Positions 1 to 13,804 of a stretch of 64,000 bases of DNA are shown here, in pieces; the first letter of the stretch is position 1, and every line of letters begins with the position of its first letter. Made by a program: the position numbers and the translations under genes. Source of the stretch: Takakia lepidozioides (Eukaryota > Plantae > Bryophyta). Under the pieces are notes generated by a model, which saw only the letters and a list, made by a program, of their open reading frames with translations, ran no database searches and was not told the DNA's origin. The stretch is taken from positions 14,198,001 to 14,262,000 of the forward strand of contig CM060732.1 of NCBI GenBank assembly GCA_030704615.1, given 5' to 3'.

Positions 1-76
1 CTCTCATCCTCCCAGATGTCCAGGCATTTTAGATAGTCTTCAATTGCCCCCTTGAGTAGAGGCCTTGAGCCTCTTC

Positions 77-1760
77 TCAGTTTGGATCTTCATCCGTGCT
101 TTCTGTTGAGACAGAGCTCACACTATCCTCCATATCTGACATGTAGTCAGACAAACCATCCTCTTCCATTGGCGTGAACAAACTCTGCCTTGCATGAGAA
201 TTATGCATTTGATCAAGAGCCATGACCTCGGTCTGGCCCTCTTGTTCTTCTATCATTGGCTCCACCGCCAAGTTCTTGCATAATTCATGGAAATTGCCAA
301 TCATTGGCTTCAATTGATTCACATGTGGTGTGAAGTGGAAAGTAAGCCACGTTGAGCCCATGATCATACCTGACCTTTAGTGTCTCTGTTTCCATATCAA
401 CCGCTGCCCCGAACTTCTTTAAGAAGTCTAGTCCGAGCAACATGTTGTCTGTGTCAGTGTCCACAACCATAAAACTGATCCTGTTAGTTAGTTTTCCCAC
501 TGTAACCTTCAAATTGTCAAGCACCCCCATTGTTGTCTCCACGACACCTGAAGCTACCCAGTACGTCATGTCTCGATCAGTGGTGACATAGCTCATTAAA
601 CCCAAGTCTCTTACTGTGATTGCTGCTATCACTGATATCATGGCCCCTGTATCGATCTGGCCCATTACTTGGTAATTGCCAATCGTAACCAGAGCATGCA
701 AAGCTTTCACCTTGCCATTGAAAGCATATGATACTACTTCGAGATCTGGATCACTTGTGTCGTGGCCCAATTTGGACTCATGTTGAACCATGTTGGCTAG
801 AAAAGCATTGAACTTGCTCTACTCCACCACCTTGACCAAACTTTTCAATTTCTCAAACTCACCCGGTACATGCACATGATGACCTCCATTGGTGAGATGT
901 AGAAATGGTTTAATATCTTTGATCTTCCTGTCTCTGGCTTGGAAAAAATTTCAGACCTTCTTGGGAAGAGAAACTGACCAGAGGCTCGTGTTTGTTCCTC
1001 TGGAAGCTCCTCCTGTGATGTTGCCATGTCTTCGCCTTGTGAACTTGGACCGCCCTTCTGATTTGGAGGTACCACCGGTGTTCTTACTTTAGGGAGTATC
1101 AGTTTCCACGAACTGGAGTCTGACTACCAGAACTTTCAGCGTATGCATAATGCACCCTTCTTTTCAAAAAACTTGGTTAGCGTAACATTGAGAGCACCTA
1201 GGCGTTTATGAACTGGGCCAGTCACTAAGACCTCTTCCACGTCTTCTTCTTCCAAAGGTTCAAATGGTGTTTCCCCAATTTTGAACAGCCCTCTTTCCAC
1301 TTGTATGGCGGTTTCGACCGCCTCATCTACACTATGAAATTTGGTTCCTAGCATAAGCTTCATAATCTCATGCGTAAGACCCCCCAAACCTTCGACGCTG
1401 CTCTAGCTCAGGGATCCGTCCCTTCACAAAGAGCCTATTTAATCGATCGAAGTAAGCCTAAACCCTCTGTTTCGGCTCCTACTTAACTTCATCCAGCTTC
1501 ATCTTTAGTTCAGCCATATCCACGTGCCCAAATTTTGCCAACATTGCTACTTGTAAATTTTCCCAATCTACTGGTTTGGGGTTTTGACGCCTAAACCAGT
1601 CATCAGCCTTTCCTTTGAGGTTTAACCTCGCCACCTTGAAGATCTTGTCATCAGACAGATCCCTCACGTCACCTGCCATCGGTAATTTCTCTATCCAGTC
1701 CACCATGTCCTTGGACTCCCTACAGTAATACGGAGCATCTACTCCAGATGGACTTGTCAT
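77..1760 (-). pseudogene. Ty3/gypsy gag-aspartic protease region, disrupted
   Basis: ORF 285-791 has the retropepsin motif QIDTGAMISV and LLGLDFL. ORFs 1136-1387 and 1479-1760 are gag-like (ARLNLKGKADDWF...W..LQ..MLAKF). Stops and frameshifts lie between them. Confidence 0.8.
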
Positions 1761-2810
1761 GTTGCTACGTTGTTAGCAAAGTTAGTGTTAATTCATGGAG
1801 TGTATGCTAATACACTCAGCCTTTCTTGTACTTCTGGACTCAATCGACAGACATCCGGTTACCATTCTGTATGAGTTCCTCTCTTCCACTCACGGTGACT
1901 CTCTTGGACATCGTGGATACCATTACCCAACTATAAGCTATTCATGTCCACAATACTACTGTGACCCTATTACCGGCATGTATGACTCGTACACAGAGGT
2001 CTCCATTATGCGCTCTTGACGATTGATGGTAAAATGCCGGTCTCGGGTTAGTATACGGTGATACATCTATACCATATGAAATTAAAATTTCCCCTACATT
2101 TGGACGATCAGTAACTAGTGACTGATCTATACCTAGCATACTTCACCAGTTCTATTAATTGGTGCCTCACGATCCCTCTCAGTGTGTTCTCATAAGACAA
2201 GATCTCACGTTTCACCACTATCCATTCTCTACCTCTTCCTATTTTGTCAATCAACTCCCACTAGATTTGTAACCCCGGTGTTCTAATCAAATCAGACCAT
2301 CTCCTACCTTAAACTCTACAATGTTCCCTGTTGTCCATAACATGTACCGAATATTACCAAGTGGCCTAAGATCGATGAAGATATCCCCGGGTTCGGGGAG
2401 TCTGTGTAGCAACCAACTCGGGATCTACGTCTTCTAGTGTATGTTCAATCGGGTGATTGCGAAGTTCAGACTTGTCGTCCGAAATGGACTGATCGGACAT
2501 GGCTTGTATGATCCTTTGCTTCTATTTCCGCATCTACCCAAGTATTACGATCATGAGCAAGAATCCATGTTTCAGCGTAAGTTCCTCCACCCGTGTGTAC
2601 GATACGAATCGCTATATCTCCTAGTGTACAGTAAAGAGACAGCGGATTCAAACCTGCAAGTGAGATGTGACCATTGAAACTCTCTATACGTAAGACCAAA
2701 TCACCAATATCAAGCCCATATGTAGTATAGTTAGAACTTTCCATCCATTATGTTACCAAATCGGCAGCCCTCTGGTCCGCCAGCTTGAACTCGAATGGCC
2801 GCGAGCAGCA

Positions 2811-2822
2811 GCTCTTATACCA
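2811..2822 (-). promoter_or_regulatory. Probable tRNA-iMet primer-binding site of the gypsy element whose gag lies at 1136-1760
   Basis: The minus strand reads TGGTATAAGAGC, one mismatch from TGGTATCAGAGC. It is preceded by ...CCTCA-TTTTT (putative LTR end) and lies upstream of gag in the same orientation. Confidence 0.55.
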
Positions 2823-4327
2823 AAAAATGAGGCCATGTTTCACACTCACCGGGATAGATCTCCTATTTCCCTCCTTAATCATAACATCCGTCAGTCCTAG
2901 TTTCGATGCTACATGAAGTCGCAGCGGAAGCAGGAAAACATCGTGACACCTAGACTGGACCTAGTAGACTCTTACTTACAATCTCAATGGTTCGTTTGGT
3001 TTCCCGTCATCAGCCCTTGACCAACTGTTCAGAAAAGATATCGTGACCCCGTGGGGTGGCGCGGCCCAGGGCACCTGCAATCTGTCAGTCCGTCCATGCG
3101 ATTTGCCATGTCACCGTTCGGATGACTACACTGTAGCTTCGATTGATCCTCTTGTGCTGCTTTCAACTCACTAAGTGGGCAGTTTGCCATCTCATCTATG
3201 CTCGGCCTTGCCGTGAGCGACTAACCCTATCCAATGAGTCGCCCTTCACCCGTAATTGGCCTTCTCAGCACCCGTGCGGCTATGTTGTGACGTTAACCCT
3301 CAATGCGGAGATCCATGGTGTGGAGCCCGCAAGATTCAAGATACAGATCTCACGACTTCACTCACTAATCTGTTAACTCAGTGCCACTTGCATGCACACA
3401 AGCCTGTCTCCAAAGTGTTACTGTACTGCTTTATATCATGACAAAGATGCTCGACATGCCACTCAGGCCCTCTGCTACTCCAGAATGATTCAAAGTGCTC
3501 GTATGTATTACTGCATATGCTTAACTACCAGCTTAACCTCCTGTCTGATCTCCTGCTAAGCCCTTGCTATCAACGTCCATCATTAAGGATCTACCATGCT
3601 CGTCTCTCTCTCTCAGTTCTTACACCATCATACTTGTTGTCCAAAATCTCATGTTTCAGAACCAGAACCATCGCTCCTTTGTCATTGTGCTCGCTAGCCT
3701 TGTACTACCAAAAACTCGTAGATTAGCCCTTCACATGGGGCCACTCCACTCTGATCACCGCTCAACTGATTATTGTAATACTAGACCCATTACCCGTATT
3801 GGGTGTACCTCCCCTTCTTGAGTTTAATACATGGCCAAGTGGCGTCTTAATAAAGCTTTGATAATATTCCTAAGCCTAAAACGTAATTACCAAAATCTGC
3901 TTAGTCATTTACCCTGTCGATTCAAGGTGGCGCCCCCTCAGCCGTTGATCAATATTGCATCAACGCCCTGCATGTCGCCATTTCCCCGTTCTTCATCCTG
4001 CTCCGTCGATTCTTCATCCCAACTTTATCCGCCATCCTTAGCGAAAGCACGTATGCTTTCCCACCGTTGAACTTCTTCCAACGCTGGCTGTTCATAATTT
4101 GTTCATCCGTCATCGCAGTGCAACATCCTGGCGTGGCTAACTCCATCCATCCGCACCATGCCCTTCATCCGTTCATGCCCTTGGTCACTGTTTTATACGC
4201 TCATTCGTCCCAAGTTCACCCTACTTTTGTCCGCCCATCATCCATTTCATAAACCCCTATTGGCATTTGTTTTCCCCTTACAGGCTGATGACCACATCAT
4301 AGCCTTCACCATCCCCGCTCTTCTCTC

Positions 4328-4588
4328 TCAACTTGCAGCTCCTCCATTTTTTCCATAGTAGACGTCCAAATTGTAAACATAATCATTTGTGACAAAGTCT
4401 GCTAGACACCAAATTTTAATACCCCACTTAACAGGCTTATTTGGCATGTACTGCCTTATGCCACAGTACTTTCCCTTATACTGTATCATCATCTCATCCA
4501 TAGTAACTATCCTATTCAAGTTCCAAAGGCTCTGAAATCTGGCCACCACCTCCTCACACACCCATCGCAAGTTTGTCATAAAAGTCAC
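4328..4588 (-). pseudogene. piggyBac-like (DDE_Tnp_1_7/PGBD) transposase fragment
   Basis: IVTMDEMMIQYKGKYCGIRQYMPNKPVKWGIKIWCLAD..YVYNLDVYYGK matches the piggyBac signature DE.M..F/YKG.....QY.P.KP.KWG.K around the first catalytic Asp. Confidence 0.85.
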
Positions 4589-5481
4589 TGGCCATATTAG
4601 TCACTAAGGTCTTGTTGTCAACAAGGTGCAAGCACCGCATGATGGCTTCATACATGTCCCTACTCATGAATTTTCAAATGACAGGGCAACAAAACAAACA
4701 GTACAACCTCGTATTAGGCAATTTCCTCAGCCCCATGAACAAGCAAATACCAATCCGTGCCCTCAACTCTTGCTCACTCAGTGAGTACCAACCAAGTCCT
4801 CCCCTCGTTCATTTATGAACATTAGAATATCAAGCAAAAATTGGAGCAGGCTCACATGCACATGTATTTGTTTCATGACAAATTCGTGCCAGAGTCCTCG
4901 GGTGCCAAAACAAGTTGAAGTAATGAAAAACATCATGTCCACAACTAGTGGGAGGCATAGTCTAGCCGGGTACTGGACCTGAGAACGAAATCCTGTCTGT
5001 GCGAAATGAGGTCTTCGTGGATTGTCAGTTGGCGAAGGTCAACAGAATGAAGGGGAGTAGGAAATGAAATAAAATAAAATAAAAGCGCGTGAGTTGAAGG
5101 GGGTGGAATGCCCCCCCATGCCACCCTGCAAATCTTCGGGGCCCACATGGCAAGGTGCCACAGCGGGTGCTTTCATGTCACATAGGGCGAACAACCTTCT
5201 TGGCCACCGGCGGCTCACTCACGCCGTTTGTCTAGCCGTTGCATGCCCCAATAGAAACTGGCCACACATGTGGTCAATCCTGCATGACCACTCTCTTGTC
5301 ATGTGTTTTTCGACCCAGTGGTTTTTGCTAAAATCTGGAGGTCAAAGTTTTGCTCCAAATTACATGTTTCCAGTGCAAGGGTGTGGGCCATGCTGACAGC
5401 AATTCTTTTGCTACATGAACCATGTCATTTGGATAAATCTCAAAAAGATATGCCCATTTTTCTTATAGGTCAAAACCCGAT

Positions 5482-6904
5482 TCAGGTTGAGGCCGACGCC
5501 CTTACTGCCGCAGGATTTCAGATGGTGCAGCGCACTGACGTCCCCAAACAACCATTTCCGCTTCCACAGCCTCCACCACCAACCCCTGTGAGAGCAGGAA
5601 CAATGGGACGCGACAACTCTAAGCATAGGAACACATCGTTGGGGGAAAATCGAAGAGGCGGCGACCTCCCTCAAAAGTGAACGAGACAAGGATGGGGAAT
5701 GCACTTCGGATGAACTGTACAATCCAGAGCTCAACAGAAGTGCCCCCACCAGGCTTCGGGCGTGTGTAGCAGATGGCCACGGCAGGCTCAGCTGTTCGTA
5801 ATGAGGTGTACACCATCACCATATCAGAATTACCCACCTGCAATTGCACCGACTTCCAGATCATGGCGAACAAGGGGGCATCATACTGCCCTTGCAAGCA
5901 TCTGTACTACGTGTACCTAAAGAGACTCCGGTGTAATTCCACAACTCATCATTTCATACATGCACCAGGGTTGAGCCCCCAAGAGATGTACACTCTTCTG
6001 AATATGGGACCAGTGAGCTTGGCTTGCGGGCCACAACACAATGTTACACCCATCCTTTTCGGAGTTTCAGTTATAGTAGAACTGTACTGCTGCAAATACC
6101 TCTGACTTTGGCCACATAAATGTTCGACTTATGTCTTGCCTACCAGTAACCTGTTTTGCTTGAACTAAGATAATACTATGTCATTCACTTCTGTTTCCAC
6201 GTGCTTGTAGTTTTGTTTGTTGGAGGGTTCCTGTTTTTCTGCTCTCCCAAATTTTGCTTTCCTCATTCGACCCCCGGCAAGGAAATGCGGCGCCGCATTT
6301 CCAAGTAACGTCGTAGGTACTGGTAGTTGCAGCCTTCATCATAGCAAGATAGTCGCACCTAGTCTTCAGGGAGCCGACCGTCGCCAACACCGAACCCCCA
6401 AGAAATTTCGCACGTGCGAACCCTAATGCGGCACCGCATTTCCCAGTTGAGTCGCAAACCTTTCCCGCCGAATAACTGAAGATGACAGAATTGTGATGTA
6501 CTGCAGACTCTATTGGTGCAGACTCTATTGGTTCAATCGCAGCAGAAGGGTCAGCTTCATTCCAATGTTAAGGCATGTAAAACCATGGAATACTCTATAC
6601 AGGCCAGTATGCGACGTCCTTTTGCTGTGGTATACTGGATTTCTCGTTGCACGGTCTCTCATTTCCATGAGCGGATCTAAAAAACAATGAACGGAATATA
6701 TCTTCGCCGCATTACAGGATCTAGAACTTCTAAAAATGGCAAGGTCAAATAAAAAACTATTATTTTTATACTTTTTTAATCTGCCGCATTTCCAAATTTG
6801 GAGGAGTCCACTCATGGAAACCGCGTGTCTTAAGACTTTGGCTCACCGCTCATGCGGCTCATGGCTCATGGCTCATGGTTTCTGCTCATGAAATAGTAAA
6901 CCTC
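5482..6904 (+). mobile_element. MULE-like element copy 0: 3' fragment (SWIM exon end, subterminal region, terminus)
   Basis: Encodes QVEADALTAAGF...CNCTDF...CPCKHL (SWIM) with stops, and is near-identical to 18250-19628 (reverse complement) and 63030-64000. Ends in ...GCTCATGAAATAGTAAACCTC. Confidence 0.85.
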
Positions 6905-9396
6905 AGAGAGGCCCCCCGAATGCTAGTATCCTAAGCTTCCTCACTAAGGCCCTATACGATTCTTGCCTCAAATCTCTCTCCATATCCAAGGCCCCTGGAC
7001 CGGATCTCATCCCCAATGCAATACTTCCTGTCCTAGACTCACAAACCCAATCTCTCATTTAAAAAAATTTCCGGCTCTGTTATCAACTTTGCCGTATACC
7101 TCCTCCATGGAAACACATTCGTACTATTACAAAAAAGAAGATCCCACCGACCTTGGTAACTACCGGCCTATCGCTTTGGCTAACACTATATATAAACTCT
7201 TTACTAGCACGCTGACCACAATGCTCTCCAGCAATGGGGAACACCACCGTATCCTCAGTGATCCCCAGGAAGGCTTCTGAGCCACATGAAGTACCACCTG
7301 ACAAATACAATATGTTCTCTCCGCCCTTGAAGATGCCAAACTCATGAAACAAGACATCTATCTCCTCTACATTGACTTAAAAAACGCCTTTGGATCCCTA
7401 GACCATGCTTGACTTCTTGCAATCATGACAGACCTAGGTTACCCTTCCGATGCTATTCAACTCATAGGTAACATCTACAGCGGGAGTACCATGGAATACT
7501 CCGGCTCATACTATGGCACCACCCCCCCCATCCCTATCCTATGCGGTACCATCCAAGGGGATACCTTAAGCCCCTACCTTTTTTATTATCTTCTTGGAAC
7601 CTCTCCTTAGATGGATTTAGTATCATTACAAAACCTCTACCAACGCAATCTCTGCAGCCGCGTATGTGGACGATCTCGCCATTCTCGCTCTTAAACCCCA
7701 ACATCTCAATCGTCAAGTAGGCAAACTACCCAGGTTCAATCAATGGTCTAGTATGGAGCTCAATCTGCATAAATGCCCCGTTACCGCAGCTACTCATCAC
7801 AACAAGCTCTCCAAAACCACTATTGCTTCACACTGTAAGCTGCACATTCACTACCTTAACAAAAACTTCCCGTTCTTAGGACTGGACGAACCATACACCT
7901 ACCTCGGTATTCAACTCGTCCCCTCGCTCACATGGCATTTGCAAAATTGCAAAAAAATGCTACTCTCTCTAAACTAACCGATAGAAGCCTGGCCCTCCTC
8001 AAGGCCCCTGTCTCCATACGTCCCAAACTCTCACTAATTCAATCTGTTCTTAAGCCACAAGTCCAATACTCCTTCCATGCCGCACCCTTCTCCCTTCCTG
8101 ATGTCAAACTGATTGACAAACACTTCATACAACTCACGAAACGTATATGTGGTCTCCCGACCAGCACCCCTAACGTCTTCACCCAGCTACCCACAAATAT
8201 CTATGGCATTGGCACCAGCCCACTAATTACCTCCTACGCCCGTACCCTCGGCACACAACTTCTAGAAGCTCTCAATGACCCCGGGCGACTGGGCCTTATC
8301 TATAGGGGCCTCCTCCAATCCCTCGCCACCAAATATAATGGCCTCTACTCCCTACCCACTCTTCATCCACAATCCTGCCGGCACTCCCCCACTGCTCGTA
8401 CTCTGCATATCTTACGTGAACATTAATATACAAACCGATCTTCCAAACTACCCCAACCCCATCTCCCCTCTCGAACAAGCATGGCTGAATAGTCCATCCC
8501 TCTCCGAATTTGAGAACTCTCATCCCCGCCAAAAAACACCTATCCTTATCTACTTCAAAGAGAAACGCATTACAATGCTCGCTCAACTTACCACAGCTTC
8601 TGGATATCGGCTACTCACCCCTAGTGAGTTCACGCTCAAATACTCCAGAGCCACAGTTCAAACATGTAGGTTCCTCTTCTACCTCCGCTCACTGTTCTGC
8701 CCTCAATCCGCCTCCTGCACACTTGAGTGCGACCTACCATGCACTCTCTTCCCTCAAAACAAACAAGACCTTCTCCCTCGATATAGGGCACCCCCGGCCC
8801 CTTCCATCCTCCACATGCTCAATGTTTCCCGAGCTGTGTCGGACCCTGTCAGTCCTGCCAGCTCCTCTTCCCTACCCTCCCACCCCACCCCCCACGGTGC
8901 GGGGCCGCTCATGATCACACCCTCCACCCCCATTCCAGAGTCCCCCCACACTACTACCAGACCCTCCCCTACTCAACTATCAGAACTCAGACCTCTATAG
9001 ACAAATTTGGCGCCACTTGCCTAGACACTTTCTACCTCTGTAAATGAGCTGGCTACTCATCAGCAGACAACACTTGGCAAATTGAGGATGACCTCATTAG
9101 GCCCCATGATGATTGTGACCCGGCCCATAATCTAAACCTCCTCACCCTATTCCATAAGTCAACCAACACCAATACCTCACCCATATTCATCTGCAACATG
9201 TCTCCCAGGCCCAGCCGATAGACACTCGTTACGTCCACATCCCTCTTGTTGCCCCGGATGTGTATATCTGCATCTCGAAATTCAATCCCGACAATGACAT
9301 TTTGCACATCTCTCCCACCATATGCACTGGCAGGCGAATGGCTAGCCTTTACACCCCGCACGGCCATTTCATCAATCTCCTCCCAAATGACAGGCT
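6905..9396 (+). mobile_element. Degenerate non-LTR retrotransposon (LINE) ORF2 reverse transcriptase, possibly Dualen/RandI- or RTEX-like
   Basis: Across frames: NYRPIALANTIYKL, QEGF, YIDLKNAF, GTIQGDTLSPYLF, YVDDLAIL, YTYLGI. The clade call is from recollection of motif style only. Confidence 0.8.
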
Positions 9397-10559
9397 CGCC
9401 ATTTCATCCCCACCAAAGAAACGGCAACGGCGCAGGAGACAGGGCGACTTTACTTCGCCCACGTCTTCAAACATCATGGACTCTCGAAGGATATCGTTCC
9501 GGACCGCGACCCAAAGTTTACAAGTAAATTTTGGATGGCACTTTGGAAGAAAATGGGGGTGAGGCTAAAGATGAGCACGGCCTTCCGACCCACAACAGAC
9601 GGCCACACAAAAAGGATGAATTCCGTGGTGAAACAACTCTTGCGGAATTATGTGTCCGCATATCAGTCGGACTAGTTGGAGCACTTGGATGCGGCAGAGT
9701 TCTGTTAAAATAACACAGAACACTCCACAATGGGGGCTTCCCCTTTCGTATTGGTCTATGGAAAAGCACCTTTGGTGCCCACAAGTTGGGCAGCCCAGGA
9801 CGGTGAGGAGCCGGCGGCAACGGCGGTGTTGGAAGAACGCGAGCGTTTGTTGGAGCTCGCAAAGTACAACATTGCCAAGGCTAGGAAACGTTATGAGTTG
9901 CAGGCTAATCGGAAGTGAAGGGAAGTCAAGTTTGAGGTAGGCACGGAGGTCTGGTTGAACATCAAGAATTTTTGACTACCTCCGGAAGTGAGTCCAAAGT
10001 TTGTACATCTGTATGTGGGGCCTTTTCGCATTCGGAAGGTTATGAATGAGGATGTGTACAAGTTGGAGCTGCCGGTGGACAGCAAGGTGCATCCCGTATT
10101 CCACATTTCGCTTTTGAAGCCTTACTTCAAAGATCACGCGCCCGAATCGGCATCAAATGTTGCATCCGCCACATGTGCTGTTGGATCATGAAAATCAGCC
10201 TGAGTACGAGGTGGAGGCAGTGCTTAAGTCAAGGAGGTTCAAGAATTGAGAAACAGAGTATCTCGTAAAATGGAAGGGCTATCATCAAGTGGAGGCAACT
10301 TGGGTGCGTGCCTCAGAAATGGGGAACGCACCTGAAGGGGTTGCAGCTCTCGAATGGCGACCTCAAAAGCGGAAGAGGCGTTGATGGGGACATCAACCTT
10401 GGATCGTGGGGGAGGAAATGTATGCTTAGTCCGGCTTAGCTAAGCTAAAGAATCCGATTGCAAACACTTGTGTTGTACAAATCTTGTTTATAAAGAAACC
10501 GTTTCCAAATGTGTTGTTACATGTTTTGTCTGGAATGGTGATGCATGGTGTGGTTGGCG
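9397..10559 (+). mobile_element. Chromoviral Ty3/gypsy 3' fragment: integrase C-terminus, chromodomain, PPT, first ~140 bp of LTR
   Basis: HFIPTKET, SGPRP/SDRDP-like, YVGPFRI, VHPVFHISLLKPY and chromodomain EYEVEAVLKSR..EYLVKWKGY. PPT at ~10408-10418 and LTR start TG at 10419. Paralogous to 33030-34180. Confidence 0.85.
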
Positions 10560-13500
10560 CGTTTGGGGGGGTGGGCTGGTTGCAAAGTCTCCATTGGAGT
10601 CCTCTTCCTCACCCTCTTCCTGAACAGGCTGTTTCTGCTTCTTCGTTTTGACGGGTGTCACAATAGCTGCTCCTTGCTGGCGAGTCCTCTTCTTCGACCC
10701 CTTCTGTTGGGCCTGCACAGCTGCATCCACCGTCTTTTGTGCCATCTCAGCTGCCTTTCTGGATTCTTCCAGAGCAGCAGATTCCTTTGCCGACTTTGGC
10801 CCAGCAGGGACACGTCTTTCCTTTCTCTTCTCTTCTGCCAAGGCGTGCAGATCTTTCTCAGACTCGTCAACAATACCGCCAGACATATCCAGGTACCAGG
10901 GGCATCCAACGAGATGCGCGGGATGCCATTGTTTCTGCATCTCGGGTGTGTAGACACAGCTTGGGCCCGCCACGGTCCAAGCCATGAAGAACGGGGGCTC
11001 TTGAGCCAGGGCCCCTGTCTGAAGGAGCACATATTTCATATACCTGCAAGGCAGTCAGCATGCGTGAGCATAAGATTGGACGAACCTACTCGCAGAGTGC
11101 CACCGAAAACATAAAATGCAAATGCGGTGCTGCATTTCCGAGACAAACCTCGTAACCAGGCTTCGCATACAAGGGCAGCTGTGCTTCACCTTTAAACAAT
11201 TCGCATTGCAGCTTTCCCCGCTCCCTCCTGATGTGTAAACTCCACGCTCCTTCTTGCTGTCTGTAGCTCTCTGGCGAAAAGGTTGTCCTTGTACGCACAT
11301 CTGAAACGTGTCACGTAGTCTTCCAATGTCTGTGTTCCATCCCATTTGACGTACAAGCCGAACGAATTTGTGTGCATTACGACTTGCTCCTTTGCATTCG
11401 ACATTACCTGCGATTCCCAAATGCATTGTCACGTAGCAGTTCAGGGAATTCATTTCAGAAAAGCAAATCTGGGGAAGTACCTTGAATTACCTGGAACCAC
11501 CAAGTCATGCGGTTGAGCCACACATCCACTGCAGAGTCGGAAACTTCGAGTGGAAAAGACCACATTGTCCTTATGCTCTCGGATGCATTCCAGATCGACA
11601 GCCACCGTGTCTGCCATTTCCGATCCAATGTCAGGAGCTGGAAGAGAGTGACTATTGCTAGGAAGGAACTTCAGTGCATTGAAACCTCACCTTCTCTTTT
11701 GCCTCAACATATGCCGTTGAGAGGTGATGCAGTTTCTCCAATTGCATGGTCGGCTGCATGGCCCGAGAATAGTGTTTTGCAATCTCGGGGATGAAGTCCT
11801 TTCCAAGTGCCGGATCTGCAATTGCCACCAGCTTCACAAGCTTTGACTTGTATTTGGTTCTGGACTTGACACCGGCTTCCTTCAAGTGCTCAGTCAATGA
11901 CTGCAACGTTTCACCTGCCCCTCACTTTCCATGAAGAAGCGTTTGGCATGGGCCAAATCCAGCTTGATGTTTGACTGCCAACAAAAACATGCAGAAGCGT
12001 TACATTCGATTCATGTGGAAAGATTACTGGAAATTGGGGAAGGATGAGCAGAGGGAAATCGGAGGACGACTTACTTCGTATATCACCTCCACCATTCCAT
12101 CCATAGTGAGACGATACCATGTCCGGTCTGTTTTTGCAACGGCTTTCTGAATGAGCTCGGGCTCCAGCATTTCCGCAAACATCTGCGGATCAGTGAGACC
12201 AGTTTTCCTCACCCTGTACAGCATATGTGCCATGTGCGTATGCACGTACGCATTCTCAGTGACCCTGCAAGGCACACTCTCCAGTTCAGTACACGGAAGC
12301 ACGGAAACAAACCAGAATGGAAACCGAAATGCGGCACCGCATTTCGAACATGCTAGGGAGGGTATGAGTATCTTACGAGTTGAGGTCCGCCATGGCATTC
12401 TTGAGCAGGGAAGAGTCTGCCGCCTTCACCTTGAGGATGACACACTCCACCATGAAATGCCAGCCAATGTGCTTGGCATGGTTCTGCTTGATGTACTCCC
12501 ACCAGGCAAGAAGTCGGTGATTCCCGTCCCACACAAAGAACATTTTACCCGACATATGGCCGAAGTCTGGATCACCCTTCAGCGTCGCCTCGAATTCGTG
12601 GTTGCGAGTGTGCCAGTGGGTATCCCACGTTGACAATTCATCGACAGTGGGTTTCGCCGTCCTCATTCTCAATGGAAACGTAAAACGCTGCCGATCCCAG
12701 ACGGTTCCCTTCTCGAAATGCGAACTTGAGCTTATCCACATCTCGGGAAGGGCCTGCCTGACGATGGGAAGGGAGACCATGCGACAGAGTGGGATTCGAA
12801 GAGTCCGCTGGAATACCCTGCTACCCAGAACTCTGCCAATGCTACTGTGTGTCTCCTCCAACATTTTATCCGCTGCACTTTTGAAATCCTCCGGAGACAT
12901 GTCTGTAGGTGCCGGTAGTGGCTGAGGAGCTGGAGCATCCTCAACTGGAGCTTCACTCTGGGGCCTGTCTGCGGGCAATTCTGCCATTGCATAGGCCTCC
13001 TCCGGGCCTGCTTGCTCATCGGTGGTGAGGTCTTGCTGCGAACGTTGAGCGGCATCACCCTCCTCCGGTACCAAATCGACAGAAACGGTCGATCCCATTG
13101 CCTTCGCTGCAGCAGAGTCGGCCCCAACATCTGCAGGCGGGAAATCCTCCAGGAACTGAGCTTCAGCTTGTGGAAGCGGTTTTGCGGGAGATTGTTCGGC
13201 CGTCGCCCTGATTGCCTTCTGCTTCCTCATCCTTGTAGGTGAAGGTGTCTGCTGCAATTGAATCTGTCTTTTACCCTGCTGCTTCATTCGCGTTGGTGGG
13301 GGTGAAGCGGCCTGAGCCGGTTCAGAAACCAGTAGAGGGACGGGCTGCTTCTTCTTCAACTTTGCTGGAGAAGGGCCCGACCCCTGCTGGCGATTCTCCA
13401 TGACCGAAGAACGCGAGTCGATCTCTGGGGCTTTGAACTTGCCCTTCGAAGCCGCGTCTTTGAAACGCACAGGGCTAGGCCCGGCAGAAATACCCGCGCT

Positions 13501-13804
13501 CGGGGATCGGGTGGGTGTACGTGCTGTAGCTAGCTCCTCGGACTCTTCTTGCGGCTCTTCGGATTCCTGCGATCCCTCCAGCACGTCCACCTTTCCTGTT
13601 AGGCATGCAAACATGTTCTGCATTCAAGTCTCCTAGCATTCAGTCTAAGAATTACAGAAGCAAAATGGGGGGTTCGGTGCTCGATCAGCTGCGCGCAGCC
13701 CGATCGCATGGAGCTCTCACTGGTGGCTGGGTTGCCTGAGTGGCCTGCTGCTCGGAGATGGCAATCTCCTCCTGTAGACGCATCTGCTTCCTCCCCTTCG
13801 GCAT
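10560..13804 (-). CDS. Multi-exon transposon gene for a ParB/Srx-like domain protein (copy 1; frameshifted and 3'-truncated)
   Basis: Low-complexity N-terminus, then RIPLCRMVSLPIVRQALP...FFVWDGNHRLLAW. GT-AG introns follow ...DLNS and ...VIYE. Downstream exons are ORFs 12024-12398, 11658-11906, 11192-11404 and 10488-11039. Confidence 0.7.
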
